From assembly GCA_012515395.1 (NCBI GenBank), contig JAAYYL010000176.1:3914-67913 (forward strand): a stretch of 64,000 nucleotides of DNA, written 5' to 3'. The translations under genes were made by a program, and so were the position numbers. Positions 28,708 through 39,655 of this stretch are shown here, piece after piece. The notes under the pieces are model-generated. The model worked only from the letters and a program-made list of their open reading frames with translations, was not told the DNA's origin and searched no databases. How positions within the stretch are numbered: the first letter of the stretch is position 1; every line of letters begins with the position of its first letter. The stretch comes from Bacteroidales bacterium (GTDB lineage: Bacteria; Bacteroidota; Bacteroidia; Bacteroidales; UBA932).

Positions 28708-31065
28708 ATGAAGCGATATTTTACGGTTAGTATAGTTTTAGGGATCTTTCTGGGATTGATGTTGCCGGCAAAAGGCTTGCAGGCACAGGAAAAACATACC
28801 TTGTCCGGGAAAGTCATGGATGCACAAGAGGGAGAGATTCTGACGGGAGCCGTTGTCAGGGTGCTGGAAGGGAGTGATGCGTGGACGCTGACTGATTCAA
28901 GGGGACACTTTGTTTTGAATCTTCCCGAAGGCCCTCTTAAACTGGAAGTTTCCTATATCGGTTATGAAACACGGACACAGGAAATATTGCTTGACAAAAA
29001 TAAAGACACGTTGCTCTTCCTCAAGCCCCTTTCATACTATCTTGAAGGAGTAACCGTTTTTGCCGAAAGTGCCGGCACAAGGCTCCGCAGGGCCGAGATG
29101 AGCATAGAACGAATAGATGCGGAAGTGATTCGGAGGGTCCCTACATTGTTCGGGGAAGTGGATCTGCTAAAAGTGGTTCAGATGCTACCCGGAGTACAGG
29201 CCGCTTCTGAAGGAAGCAGCGGGTTTCACGTTCGCGGAGGGAGTCCTGACCAGAATATGATCCTGTTTGACAATGCCACTTTGTACAATGTTTCCCATAT
29301 GTTGGGATTTTTTTCCATTTTCAACTCCGATGCCGTAAATGATATGACTTTGTACAAAGGAGACATACCGGCCCGTTTTGGCGGACGTCTTTCTTCTTTA
29401 CTGGACGTAATACCGGCCGATGGTGAAGGCCGTTTTTCGGTGAATGGAGGAATAGGTTTGATATCAAGCAAACTAGCCGTACAGGGAAGTGTGGCGGGAG
29501 ATCGGTTGACTTACCTGGCTGCAGGAAGACGTACCTATGCGGACCTTTTTCTGCCCCTGGCAAAGAATGAATTGGTCAAAAATGCCACCATTCATTTTTA
29601 CGATCTGAACGGCAGGATACGCTGGAGGATAAATGATAACAATTACGTTTACGTGACTTTATACAACGGCCGTGATAAATTTGCGGTCTCGGATATGGGC
29701 GTGAAATTCGGGAATTCTGTAGCTGCCGTAAATTGGAACCACACGTTTTCGGATCGTTTCTTTATGAAACTGCATGCGACTTATACCAATTATGATTACG
29801 AGTTTAAAGGCAGCACCAACGAAATGGAAATGGAGTGGGTTTCCCGGATCCGGGATGCCGGGATGCGTCTGGATTTTTCGTACATGCCGGCTCCGGAACA
29901 CCTTTTTGAGTTTGGGTATACCTCTAATTTTCAATGGTTCCAACCGGGCAAAGCTAAGGGAATAGGTGAACTGGAAAGCGGGGTGCAGATAGAACAGGAT
30001 ATTACCATGTCCCGACGGCAGGGATTTGTCAATGTGTTGTATTTTTCCAATGAGCATAAGCTTTTTAACGAAAAAATGGAACTGCGTTACGGCTTACGGC
30101 TGAATCGCTTTGATAATGTTGGCCCGACTACGTTTTACAGGGTGGATGAAAACTACAACCTTATTGAGGAAGATGGACAAGACATCCCTTCTGGCGATTT
30201 CTTTCATCATGAATACGGCCTGGAACCGAGGTTAGGGATTTCTTACCTGATTTCACCCAACATTTCAATCAAGGCTGCTTATGCACGAACACTCCAGTAC
30301 GTTCATTTGCTGTCCTTCTCCTCGGCAGGATCTCCCATGGAAATATGGATACCGTCCAGTCCCTGCATAAAACCGCAGTCTTCGCACCAGGTTTCTGCAG
30401 GAGTCTTTGCCACACTTTTCAGAAAAGATTACGAAGCTTCCGTAGAGCTGTTTTACAAAGATCTGGACAATGTCCTGGACTTTAAGGACCATCCCAACTT
30501 GTTGTTGTATGATAAAATTGAAACGGAACTCCGTTTTGGAACAGGGAAGAGCTACGGGGCCGAGTTTCTTGTAAGAAGGAACAAAGGAGCTCTGACCGGA
30601 TGGATCAGCTATACCTGGTCGCGTTCATTCAGAACCATTCCGGGGGTAAACAACGGCCGGAAATACCGCTCTCCTTCAGACAGGCCTCATAATATCAACT
30701 TGGTTTTGTTTTACGACATCTCGTCCCGTTTGCAGGCATCACTCAATTGGATTTATGCCACCGGGCAACCCGTTACCTTGCCCGAAGGACGTTATTGGTT
30801 CTATAACGAATTAATTCCGGTATATACGGAAAGAAATTCATACCGTATAGCCGATTATCACAGAATGGACGCCTCGCTGACCATCAAGCTGGGAAACATG
30901 AACAGAAGGTGGAAAAATTCCTTGAATATTTCCGTATACAATCTTTACGGAAGAAAAAACCCGTGGGCCATCAATTTCCGGATGAAACCCACCGGGGAAC
31001 AATACCTGGAGATGACCTATCTCTTTAGCGTGGTGCCTTCAATAACATGGAATTTCAGTTTTTAG
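28708..31065 (+). CDS. TonB-dependent outer membrane receptor
   Basis: Signal peptide, CarboxypepD_reg-like N-terminus (SYIGY), plug (LPGV, VRGGSPDQN), C-terminal WNFSF. Confidence 0.92.
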   Translation: MKRYFTVSIVLGIFLGLMLPAKGLQAQEKHTLSGKVMDAQEGEILTGAVVRVLEGSDAWTLTDSRGHFVLNLPEGPLKLEVSYIGYETRTQEILLDKNKDTLLFLKPLSYYLEGVTVFAESAGTRLRRAEMSIERIDAEVIRRVPTLFGEVDLLKVVQMLPGVQAASEGSSGFHVRGGSPDQNMILFDNATLYNVSHMLGFFSIFNSDAVNDMTLYKGDIPARFGGRLSSLLDVIPADGEGRFSVNGGIGLISSKLAVQGSVAGDRLTYLAAGRRTYADLFLPLAKNELVKNATIHFYDLNGRIRWRINDNNYVYVTLYNGRDKFAVSDMGVKFGNSVAAVNWNHTFSDRFFMKLHATYTNYDYEFKGSTNEMEMEWVSRIRDAGMRLDFSYMPAPEHLFEFGYTSNFQWFQPGKAKGIGELESGVQIEQDITMSRRQGFVNVLYFSNEHKLFNEKMELRYGLRLNRFDNVGPTTFYRVDENYNLIEEDGQDIPSGDFFHHEYGLEPRLGISYLISPNISIKAAYARTLQYVHLLSFSSAGSPMEIWIPSSPCIKPQSSHQVSAGVFATLFRKDYEASVELFYKDLDNVLDFKDHPNLLLYDKIETELRFGTGKSYGAEFLVRRNKGALTGWISYTWSRSFRTIPGVNNGRKYRSPSDRPHNINLVLFYDISSRLQASLNWIYATGQPVTLPEGRYWFYNELIPVYTERNSYRIADYHRMDASLTIKLGNMNRRWKNSLNISVYNLYGRKNPWAINFRMKPTGEQYLEMTYLFSVVPSITWNFSF

Positions 31066-31069
31066 AAAT

Positions 31070-31960
31070 ATGAAGTACACAAAGATCATATATACCGTCA
31101 TTCTACTGCTGACCGTTTTGGGTGGGGCAAACGGGTGTACCGAGCCTATAGAACTGGAAGGAGACGATATGAACCCGAAATTGGTGATTACGGGGACATT
31201 GTCCACCGAACCCGGCTACCAGATCATCGAGATTTCTTCCACCGTTCCTTATTTTGGGACGGACTTACCTGTAAATATTGATGCAGCCCGTGTTCTCCTT
31301 AATGACATGGTATTGATCAGGGATGCTCCCGGCATCTATACGACCGGAGGAAATTTTGCCGCCGTTGAAGGAGAAACTTACTTGCTGGAAGTGTGGATAG
31401 ATTTTGACGGAGACGGACAGGAGGAATACTATTCCGCTACTACTACAGTTCCCTATATTCATGTTTTGGAATCGTTGTCGGTAAGATCGCTGATCCCGGG
31501 AGAAGTTGATGTTCCCTTTATACTGCTGGCCGGATTTCAGGATACTCCCGGAGAAGATTATTACGGAGCGGCACTCTGGATCAATGACGATCTTTATAGC
31601 AACAGAATATTACGGTATTACGTCCATTCACTGAACGATTACTCTCAAGACGGGTCCTACATTCGTTACCCCATACCTGAATGGATTCTTACAGAATCAC
31701 TCGTTTGGGATAACGGAGAAACATACGACCTTTATTCAGGGGATGTGCTAACGGTTGAATTACAAACACTCAGTAAAGAATATTACAGGTTTTTGCAAGA
31801 AGCAAAAATTGAAAAAAACCAGCATTTCCCGCTTTTCTCCGGTCCAAGGGGAAATGTCACGGGAAATATTACCGGGGGTGCTCTGGGAATATTCGGATCT
31901 TATGCCGTAAGCCGAAAATCGGCTATTCTTCCCAAATGTCCGGGGCTTCCTGAAAGATAG
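31070..31960 (+). CDS. DUF4249 family lipoprotein
   Basis: Lipobox ANGC-TEPIEL, KLVITG, NITGGALGIFG; usual partner of this receptor class. Confidence 0.8.
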   Translation: MKYTKIIYTVILLLTVLGGANGCTEPIELEGDDMNPKLVITGTLSTEPGYQIIEISSTVPYFGTDLPVNIDAARVLLNDMVLIRDAPGIYTTGGNFAAVEGETYLLEVWIDFDGDGQEEYYSATTTVPYIHVLESLSVRSLIPGEVDVPFILLAGFQDTPGEDYYGAALWINDDLYSNRILRYYVHSLNDYSQDGSYIRYPIPEWILTESLVWDNGETYDLYSGDVLTVELQTLSKEYYRFLQEAKIEKNQHFPLFSGPRGNVTGNITGGALGIFGSYAVSRKSAILPKCPGLPER

Positions 31961-32603
31961 CAGGATGTATCATATAGATGAGCAGGGGCCCGTTCCGGAA
32001 TTGCACTTCCAGACGGTTGCCGGTGCACGTGTTCAGAGTGGCTTTCCACAACGCGTCAAAAATAACGTTTTCAACAGGATATTGCACCCCTTTAACCTTT
32101 AGTTGTAAGGCGGGGTCCAGACCAAAAAAGGAAACGGGATTGCCTTTTATGCAGCGGAGTGAAAAACCCGTAAACCCTGATGTCGGGGATGTTTTGTCAG
32201 TGTAGGCCCAAAAAGTGCCGTAATCCGTTACCATGCGTACCTTTTCCATCATACGGGCGTAATCACCCAGTAACGAAATGTTGCCCAGCATATGGTCTTC
32301 CCTCAAACCGGCAGCTCCCAGAATGGTTACAGCACGGATCCCTTTTTCGTGACACAGCTTTACGGCTTTGGTAAGGTCATTCGTGTTTTGGTCCTTATTG
32401 ATGACCAAACGGGATGCATACCGTTCTTTCATCCGGTCCGACAACGAATCCAGATCTCCAACCACAATATCAGGCTCCCTGCCTTTGAGGTTGTTCACGG
32501 CACCGTCGGTACATACGAGCATTTTTGCCTCATGCAATAGCTGCAAAGGATACGGGTGAGAAGGATAAGCTCCCTGGGCCAGTATTACTGCCTGATTCTT
32601 CAT
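31923..32603 (-). CDS. thiN: Thiamine diphosphokinase
   Basis: CTDGA, VGDLDS, DQNTNDLTKA, GAAGLREDH.LGN; start MKNQAV. Confidence 0.88.
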   Translation of the reverse strand: MKNQAVILAQGAYPSHPYPLQLLHEAKMLVCTDGAVNNLKGREPDIVVGDLDSLSDRMKERYASRLVINKDQNTNDLTKAVKLCHEKGIRAVTILGAAGLREDHMLGNISLLGDYARMMEKVRMVTDYGTFWAYTDKTSPTSGFTGFSLRCIKGNPVSFFGLDPALQLKVKGVQYPVENVIFDALWKATLNTCTGNRLEVQFRNGPLLIYMIHPAIFQEAPDIWEE

Positions 32604-32604
32604 G

Positions 32605-33573
32605 TTACAAAAAAGTTGCTTTGCGGGTATTTCTAAATCCCGCCAGAAAAGCAGGTGTTTCCAGTCTTTTTTTCCCGGGGGCCTGTATCTCCAGTATGTG
32701 CACATACCCGTTTTTGCATGCCACCTTCATGGTTTTTTTGTTATCTGTGACAATGTTGCCGGGAGCATCCGAATGGGTTGCCCATTCTGCCCGGGCACTG
32801 AAAATTTTAACATCCTGAACCGAATCTTCGGTTTTTAGCGTTGAGAAAGCAGCCGGATAAGGACTTAAGCCACGTATAAGGTTTGCAATCATAACGGGAT
32901 CATGTTGCCAGTCTATGCGGCACGTGTCCCGGGAAATTTTGGGGGCTGTTTTCAGATCTCCTTTGGAAACAAGGGGTTGAGGAGTGGCTTTCAGGGACCC
33001 GTCACACAAGCCATCGATCGTTTTGGCAACCAGCGGACCTCCGGCCAGCATCAGTTTGTCGTGCAACGAACCGGCGTTGTCCCCGGGATCAACCGGAACC
33101 GATTCCTGTAAGAGAATAGCGCCGGTATCCATATGATCATCAATCAGGAAGGTGGTTACCCCTGTTTCCTGCTCTCCGTTGATCAAAACATGATTGATGG
33201 GGGCGGCACCCCGGTATTGCGGCAACAACGATGCATGAAGGTTAAAACAGCCGCAGGAGGGTATTTCCCAGACACAACGAGGCAACATGCGAAAGGCCAC
33301 AACTACAAAAACAGGGACGTTCCATTGCCTGAGTGTTTCCAAAAAAGAGTCTTCCTTCAATGACTCCGGCTGCAGGACAGGTATGCCAAACTGCAAGGCA
33401 GTGGTTTTTACGGAAGAAGCTCGTGCTGTCATGCCTCTTCCGGCGGGTTTGTCGGGAACCGTGACTACTCCTTTGACGGGATATCCCTTTTCTACAAGCA
33501 GTGAAAGGATTCCGGCAGCAAAGCCGGGAGTTCCCATAAATACGATCTCAGGTTTGTTTTTTGTGTTTGTCAT
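32605..33573 (-). CDS. fmt: Methionyl-tRNA formyltransferase
   Basis: IVFMGTP.FA, PDKPAGRG, NLHASLLPQYRGAAPI, RGLSPYP. Confidence 0.95.
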   Translation of the reverse strand: MTNTKNKPEIVFMGTPGFAAGILSLLVEKGYPVKGVVTVPDKPAGRGMTARASSVKTTALQFGIPVLQPESLKEDSFLETLRQWNVPVFVVVAFRMLPRCVWEIPSCGCFNLHASLLPQYRGAAPINHVLINGEQETGVTTFLIDDHMDTGAILLQESVPVDPGDNAGSLHDKLMLAGGPLVAKTIDGLCDGSLKATPQPLVSKGDLKTAPKISRDTCRIDWQHDPVMIANLIRGLSPYPAAFSTLKTEDSVQDVKIFSARAEWATHSDAPGNIVTDNKKTMKVACKNGYVHILEIQAPGKKRLETPAFLAGFRNTRKATFL

Positions 33574-35005
33574 GGCCAAACGGTATGTGTTTTCTGATCT
33601 TTTTCAAAAAAACAAGATACGCATCTTTGTTGAATAATGCCGAGTCGGTGGTGGCTTTATACGTGAGGAAAACCCCGATTGGCAATAGTACCAGTGCCGA
33701 GATCATGGTGCCCATAGCTGCCGATACCGAGCCGTCTGTAGCTAGTTTTTTCCCCGAGATATCAATGACATAATAAACTACAAAAAACAACATTGACACA
33801 ATCACGGGTGTGCCCAATCCGCCTTTACGGATGATGGCTCCCAGAGGAGCACCAATGAAAAAGAAAATAAAACAGGCGAAAGCCACCGTGAATTTCCGGT
33901 ACCATTCCACCCGGGTTCTCCTAAGGGGCAAATGTATCTGGAATTCTTCAACAACAAATGCATCCACCTGATTGGACAACTGGTCAACTTTTCCGATGGC
34001 CCTGTTCATCAGATCTGCATAATGCGGGTGTTCTTCCAGGTTTGGGAGCGTATCCAGCGAAAAATATCCTTTAAATTCCTGCTTGTTGGCGGTGTCCAGT
34101 TGTAGGGCATAAGTAAGCCCCCCGGTAATGAGCATGCGCTTGAGAAACTGGCTGTGTGCAATGGAATAGAGTGAATCAAGAGAGTCCCGTCTGTGTGCCA
34201 GGCTGCTCAGTCCCTGGGCCATAACGTCGTTCCCGAACCGGTCTCCGTCCCTGCGCTGGAAAGCATAATTAGTCAGTTCAATGATAATATCCTGTTTTTC
34301 AAATTTTATCCGCTGCATGGCAAAAGACGTATCTGCTGACGACTGCCTGTCGCCTTCTTCGTAGGATTCTCCGCTATACAGGGTGAAAATGATGTTTTTC
34401 TTGTCCTCGGTAAGTCTCAGAGCCCCGGAATCGGCCAGGGTAACGCTGGTGTTTCCTCTGCGGGCACTGTGGTTGTATACCATCACATCATACAACATGT
34501 CTGTTTCCTCGTTCCTGTCTTCCACCCGCAGGCTGTAATTGTCAATTCCGTTGTAAAAGATCCCGGTAGGGATGCGTATCTCTTCTTTTGTGCGGGAAAT
34601 ATCATCACGCAAGGCAAAAATGTTTTTGTAAGCCAGCGGCATCAGGTTATTCGCTGCAAAAAAGGCTCCTATGGAAATGAAAAACGAAAGAATAATCAAC
34701 GGACGCATGATGCGCTGCAAAGGGATCCCGGCTGCTTTCATGGCAAGCAATTCATTGAATTCACCCAGATTTCCCATTGTCATGATGGAGGCTAAAAGAG
34801 TAGCCAGGGGAAGTGCCATTGGGATAACGGTACATGTTCCCCAGAAAAGAAATTCCAGGATCACTTTCAACCCGAGTCCTTTTCCAACCAGCTCATCAAT
34901 GTATACCCACAGAAACTGCAATACAAGTACAAAAAGTACTATGAAAATTGTCAGAAACAGAGGCCCCAGGAATGAACGGACCAGGAAACGGTCAAAAATT
35001 TTCAC
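33548..35005 (-). CDS. LptF/LptG family LPS export permease (LptF-like)
   Basis: MKIFDRFL, GKGL, ELLAMKAAGI, IGAPLGAIIRKGGLG. Confidence 0.88.
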   Translation of the reverse strand: MKIFDRFLVRSFLGPLFLTIFIVLFVLVLQFLWVYIDELVGKGLGLKVILEFLFWGTCTVIPMALPLATLLASIMTMGNLGEFNELLAMKAAGIPLQRIMRPLIILSFFISIGAFFAANNLMPLAYKNIFALRDDISRTKEEIRIPTGIFYNGIDNYSLRVEDRNEETDMLYDVMVYNHSARRGNTSVTLADSGALRLTEDKKNIIFTLYSGESYEEGDRQSSADTSFAMQRIKFEKQDIIIELTNYAFQRRDGDRFGNDVMAQGLSSLAHRRDSLDSLYSIAHSQFLKRMLITGGLTYALQLDTANKQEFKGYFSLDTLPNLEEHPHYADLMNRAIGKVDQLSNQVDAFVVEEFQIHLPLRRTRVEWYRKFTVAFACFIFFFIGAPLGAIIRKGGLGTPVIVSMLFFVVYYVIDISGKKLATDGSVSAAMGTMISALVLLPIGVFLTYKATTDSALFNKDAYLVFLKKIRKHIPFGHDKHKKQT

Positions 35006-35018
35006 CGGCTTATATTGT

Positions 35019-37634
35019 TTAAGGGTTCTTCAAGGCATCGGCAATGGTGTCCAGTGCGGCTTGTAAGCCATTCGGATCCTTCCCGCCTGCCGTTGCGTAA
35101 AAATCCTGTCCTCCTCCTCCTCCGCTTATGTGGCGGGATGCCTTCCGGATTATTTCAGAGGCATTCCATCCGGCTTTAACCAAATCATCTGACAGCAGCA
35201 CGGTGAGGTTAGCCTTGCCGTTGTGTTCGTATGCGGCAGCAAAGGCCATATTGCCTGATGTTCCGCTGCGGAAGGAGAAAGCCAGGTCTTTTATTAATTC
35301 AGGCATATATACGCCCCTAAGTGATACAAATTGGATGCCGTTCAACTCGGTTCTTTGTTCCCAGAGTGATTCCCGCAGAGCTGCAGCCCGTTCACGCATG
35401 TTTTGTTCCATGGCTTTCCTCAGATCATCGTTCTCCCGGACCAGCTTTTTTAATGAGGTTATCACATCGGGATTGTCGTTCATCATGTTGCGGATACCTG
35501 ACAGGATTGTTTCCAGCTCTTCCATTTTTCTTTCCACGGCGAGTCCCGTTATGGCTTCTATTCTGCGTACACCTGCCGCGATGGCACTTTCGCTCAATAT
35601 TTTGAACATACCTATGTTCCCGGTTGCTTTGGTATGTGTGCCTCCGCACAATTCTACGGAATCTCCAAAACGGATCACCCTGACTTTTTCCCCGTATTTT
35701 TCACCGAATAAAGCCATGGCTCCCATCTGGCGGGCTTCTTCCAGGGGAATATCCTGCAGGGTTTCTTGAGATATGTTGCTTCGGATAAGGCTGTTAACCA
35801 AGCGCTCCGTCTTTTTTATATCTTCCGGTTCAAGACGTGCATAATGCGAAAAATCAAAACGGAGTCCGTCAGGAGATACGTGTGAACCTTTTTGTTCAAT
35901 GTGAGGTCCCAGCACTTTTCTGAGTGCATAGTGGAGCAGGTGTGTGGCGGTATGGTTGTTGGCTATTGCCTGCCTTCGTTCTTCATCCACAACGGCATAA
36001 AATTCCGTTTCCGGATTCTCCGGCATTTTTGATGCGATGTGAAGGATCAGATTGTTTTCTTTAATGGTGTCCGTTATCCGGACTTTTTCGCCCTGTGTAT
36101 TTTCCAGATAACCGGAATCTCCTGTTTGTCCGCCGCTTTCTGCATAAAAAGGGGTTTGGTCAAGTACTATTTGGAAATATTCCTTGTTTTTTGCTTTTAC
36201 TTTTCTGTACCTGGTGATCCTTGCGTAAGCCCGGGTTGTTTCATAGCCCAAAAAAACGGGCTGAATAAAAGGCCTGAGTTCTATCCAGTCGCCTTCTTTG
36301 GCTTGCGTGGCTTTCCGCGCCCGGTCTTTTTGCGCTTGCAGTTCCTCTTCAAATTCTGCCGTGTTCACAGGAAGCCCTTTTTCGCGGGCCATTAAAATGG
36401 TCAGGTCCAAAGGGAACCCGTATGTGTCGTAAAGCAAAAAGGCGTCTTTACCGCTGAATTCCTTGAGGGTTTTATCACGTGTGAAATATTCAAACAATCG
36501 GATACCCTTGTCCAGGGCACGCAGGAACGCCTCTTCTTCCTGGCGGATGATGTTCTGAATAATCTCTTTTTGTTTTTCCAGTTCAGGAAAAGCTTGCCCC
36601 ATTTCCGTGATCAGGGCCGGGACAAGGTCACATAAAAACGGTTTGTCAAAACCCAGGAACGTATAACCGTAACGTACCGCCCTGCGAAGAATGCGGCGGA
36701 TGACATACCCGGCTTTCACATTGGAAGGAAGCTGGCCGTCTGCTATGGAAAAACAAATGGCTCTCAGATGATCTGCGACTACACGCATGGCAACGTCAAT
36801 GTCCTTGTCGTGTCCGTATTCTTTTCCGCATAACTTGCCGGTGGCTCCTATCAGGTTTTGAAACAGGTCTGTATCATAGGTGCTGTATTTTCCCTGAATG
36901 GCTACGCACAAACGTTCCAGTCCCATACCGGTATCTACGTGTTTTTGGGGAAGCATAACAAGTTTGCCGTCTGCTTTTCGGTTGTATTGTATAAAGACCA
37001 GGTTCCAAACTTCTACAACCAAAGGATGTCCGGTGTTGACCAGGGAGGCTCCGGGGATTACGGCGCGGTCTCCGGGAGGGCGCAAGTCAATATGTATTTC
37101 ACTGCAGGGACCGCAAGGTCCCGTGTCACCCATTTCCCAAAAATTGTCCTTTTTGTTTCCGGCAATGATCCGGTCTTCGGGCAGGAAACGATTCCAAAGA
37201 ACACGGGATTCGTCATCAGCGGCGATGTTGTCATCGGGAGCTCCTTCAAAGACCGTGGCATAAAGACGGTCGGCATCCAGTTTGAAAACGTCGTGCAGCA
37301 ATTCCCAGGCCCATGCGATGGCCTCTTCTTTGAAATAATCTCCGAAGCTCCAGTTACCCAGCATTTCAAACATGGTATGGTGATAAGTATCGTGCCCTAC
37401 TTCTTCCAGATCGTTATGTTTCCCGCTTACCCGCAAACATTTTTGGGTGTCGGCAACCCTTGAGTAAAGGGCAGGCTCATTTCCCAGGAACCAGTCTTTG
37501 AACTGGTTCATACCGGCATTGGTAAACATCAGTGTAGGGTCGTTCTTAATTACCATAGGAGCCGAGGGCACAATGGTATGTCCTTTCGTTTCAAAAAAAT
37601 TCAGGAAAGCTTTCCGTATTTCGCCAGAGGTCAT
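35019..37634 (-). CDS. alaS: Alanine--tRNA ligase
   Basis: DPTLMFTNAGM, HHTMFEMLGNWSFGDYFK, NHTATHLLH, ELCGGTH, GGGGG. Confidence 0.98.
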   Translation of the reverse strand: MTSGEIRKAFLNFFETKGHTIVPSAPMVIKNDPTLMFTNAGMNQFKDWFLGNEPALYSRVADTQKCLRVSGKHNDLEEVGHDTYHHTMFEMLGNWSFGDYFKEEAIAWAWELLHDVFKLDADRLYATVFEGAPDDNIAADDESRVLWNRFLPEDRIIAGNKKDNFWEMGDTGPCGPCSEIHIDLRPPGDRAVIPGASLVNTGHPLVVEVWNLVFIQYNRKADGKLVMLPQKHVDTGMGLERLCVAIQGKYSTYDTDLFQNLIGATGKLCGKEYGHDKDIDVAMRVVADHLRAICFSIADGQLPSNVKAGYVIRRILRRAVRYGYTFLGFDKPFLCDLVPALITEMGQAFPELEKQKEIIQNIIRQEEEAFLRALDKGIRLFEYFTRDKTLKEFSGKDAFLLYDTYGFPLDLTILMAREKGLPVNTAEFEEELQAQKDRARKATQAKEGDWIELRPFIQPVFLGYETTRAYARITRYRKVKAKNKEYFQIVLDQTPFYAESGGQTGDSGYLENTQGEKVRITDTIKENNLILHIASKMPENPETEFYAVVDEERRQAIANNHTATHLLHYALRKVLGPHIEQKGSHVSPDGLRFDFSHYARLEPEDIKKTERLVNSLIRSNISQETLQDIPLEEARQMGAMALFGEKYGEKVRVIRFGDSVELCGGTHTKATGNIGMFKILSESAIAAGVRRIEAITGLAVERKMEELETILSGIRNMMNDNPDVITSLKKLVRENDDLRKAMEQNMRERAAALRESLWEQRTELNGIQFVSLRGVYMPELIKDLAFSFRSGTSGNMAFAAAYEHNGKANLTVLLSDDLVKAGWNASEIIRKASRHISGGGGGQDFYATAGGKDPNGLQAALDTIADALKNP

Positions 37635-37653
37635 TTTCAATAATATTAACGGG

Positions 37654-37690
37654 CAAATATACCGCTTTTTACTAAAAATATTTATCTTTG
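37654..37690. promoter_or_regulatory. Back-to-back -7 elements (alaS / M23 operon)
   Basis: TATATTTG minus 37661-37654; TATCTTTG plus 37683-37690. Confidence 0.7.
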
Positions 37691-37717
37691 CACGTTAATA
37701 ACGTGTTAACAAACTAA

Positions 37718-38683
37718 ATGGCAGGGAGAAGAAAATACAAATACAATCCGGAAACACTTTCTTACGAACTGCAAAGACCTTCTTTGCGTTATTATCTTAT
37801 ACGGGCGTTGATCATACTTCCGGTAAGTATGGTTATTGCTTTGGGATATTACGTGTTCTACACGGAAGGACTGAAGTTGAAAACACCGCGTACCGTACGT
37901 CTGGAAAGGGAATACAACAATGCCCGTTCCAACCTGGATCTGATCAACAAACAAATGGCCCAATCCCAAAAGAAACTGGAAGATTTGCAGGTCAGGGACA
38001 ACAACATTTACCGTAACATTTTTGGGATGGAGCAAATTCCTCCCGAAGTCAGAGATGCCGGATTCGGAGGAACCAACCGGTATCCTTATCTGGAATATGC
38101 GGAAAACTCGGCCCTTTTGATGAATACCGCACTGAATTTTGACAAACTGATGAAGAAGGCGTACATCCAGTCCAGGTCTTTTGACGATGTGGAACGTGTG
38201 GCCGGACAGGCAGGGGAGGTCGCCAAATGCATTCCTTCCATTTTGCCGCTTCCCGAAGATACAAAGAATTTCAGGTGGTCAGGCGCCTTCGGATACAGGA
38301 AAGATCCCGTATACGGAGATATACGCATGCACGAAGGTATTGATCTTACCGGGGCTACCAATTCTCCGGTTTATGCCACCGGAGACGGGAAAGTGGAAAC
38401 CATCCGTTATGAATACAACGGTTACGGCCGGTATATTTTAATTGACCACGGATTTGGTTACAAAACACGTTATGCCCACCTGAATAAGGCCTTGGTATAT
38501 GAAGGCCAGCCGGTAAAACGCGGAGAACAGATAGGTCTTCTGGGCTCTACGGGAAAATCCACGGGTCCCCATGTTCATTACGAAGTGATTTATATGGGCC
38601 GGCCTGTAAATCCGTACAATTACTTCAACAACAATATTGCAACAGAAGATTACCACGCGGTAATCTTGGGCGGACGCCAATAA
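37718..38683 (+). CDS. M23 family metallopeptidase
   Basis: N-terminal TM plus coiled coil; HEGID, YAHL, STGPHVHYE. Confidence 0.92.
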   Translation: MAGRRKYKYNPETLSYELQRPSLRYYLIRALIILPVSMVIALGYYVFYTEGLKLKTPRTVRLEREYNNARSNLDLINKQMAQSQKKLEDLQVRDNNIYRNIFGMEQIPPEVRDAGFGGTNRYPYLEYAENSALLMNTALNFDKLMKKAYIQSRSFDDVERVAGQAGEVAKCIPSILPLPEDTKNFRWSGAFGYRKDPVYGDIRMHEGIDLTGATNSPVYATGDGKVETIRYEYNGYGRYILIDHGFGYKTRYAHLNKALVYEGQPVKRGEQIGLLGSTGKSTGPHVHYEVIYMGRPVNPYNYFNNNIATEDYHAVILGGRQ

Positions 38684-38692
38684 TTTCCTGAA

Positions 38693-39649
38693 ATGAACAA
38701 ATACCAGTTCAATGAAGAAAAATTGGAATTCACCAAAGTGCGTCCCAATATCAAAACGGTTTTAAAACGCATCTTTTGGGTTTTCCTGGGCAGCATAGCT
38801 CTGGCTTTGTTGTACTATCTGGTTTTTGGTATGTTTGTACTATCCCCGGCGGAAAGAAACCTGGTCCGTGAAACGGAACTGATGCAAAATGAATATGAGA
38901 GACTGAGCCGGGAAATGGACAATCTGAATAAAGTAATAGAAGAATTGGCCGTGCGGGATAGAAATATTTACGGAACCGTGTTGCATTCAACGCCCCTGGA
39001 ATTGAACCAGGAAGTAGATATTTCTCATTACCGGGCCCTTGTTGAAGACCCTTCTTTTGCGCTGGCTTATCATGCCGATTCGGTAATAGCCGGATTGGAA
39101 CAAAGGGCTGCCCTGGTCACCCGCGCTTTGTATATGGCCGGGAACAGCATATACGAGCAAATTGACAGCCTGGTTTATCTTCCGGCTGCTTTTCCGTTAC
39201 GCCAACCACCCATGGAAGCCATGGGCGCAACTATAGGACGCAGGATACATCCTTTTTATAAAATTCCCATGGAGCATACAGGAATGGATTTTCTGGCTGG
39301 ACTGGGAACCGATGTTCTGGCAACGGCTGACGGGCGTGTGGTGAATGTGTCCCGTTCTGCAAGGGGGAGGGGAAATGTGGTGGAGATTGAGCATCCTTAC
39401 AGGGGATACAAGACGGTATATGCCCATCTGAGCGATATTTTTGTAAGAAAGGGTCAATACGTGGAAAGAGGAATGGTAATTGCCCGGGTGGGATCTTCCG
39501 GCATGTCTTTTATGCCACATCTACATTATGAAATCCAGCAAGAAGGACAGGTCAGGGATCCGGTGCATTATTATTTCATGGAAGTCATGCCCGGAGAATA
39601 CAGACAGATCATGCTGACAGCATACAATACAGGTCAATCTTTAGACTAA
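38693..39649 (+). CDS. M23 family metallopeptidase (tandem paralogue)
   Basis: HTGMD, YAHL, PHLHYE, TGQSLD end. Confidence 0.9.
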   Translation: MNKYQFNEEKLEFTKVRPNIKTVLKRIFWVFLGSIALALLYYLVFGMFVLSPAERNLVRETELMQNEYERLSREMDNLNKVIEELAVRDRNIYGTVLHSTPLELNQEVDISHYRALVEDPSFALAYHADSVIAGLEQRAALVTRALYMAGNSIYEQIDSLVYLPAAFPLRQPPMEAMGATIGRRIHPFYKIPMEHTGMDFLAGLGTDVLATADGRVVNVSRSARGRGNVVEIEHPYRGYKTVYAHLSDIFVRKGQYVERGMVIARVGSSGMSFMPHLHYEIQQEGQVRDPVHYYFMEVMPGEYRQIMLTAYNTGQSLD

Positions 39650-39655
39650 AGAGAT

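Noticed and set aside
22823..35005. lptF and lptG separated and on opposite strands
   Set aside because: Unlinked lptF/lptG genes, with one next to tgt, is typical of the phylum
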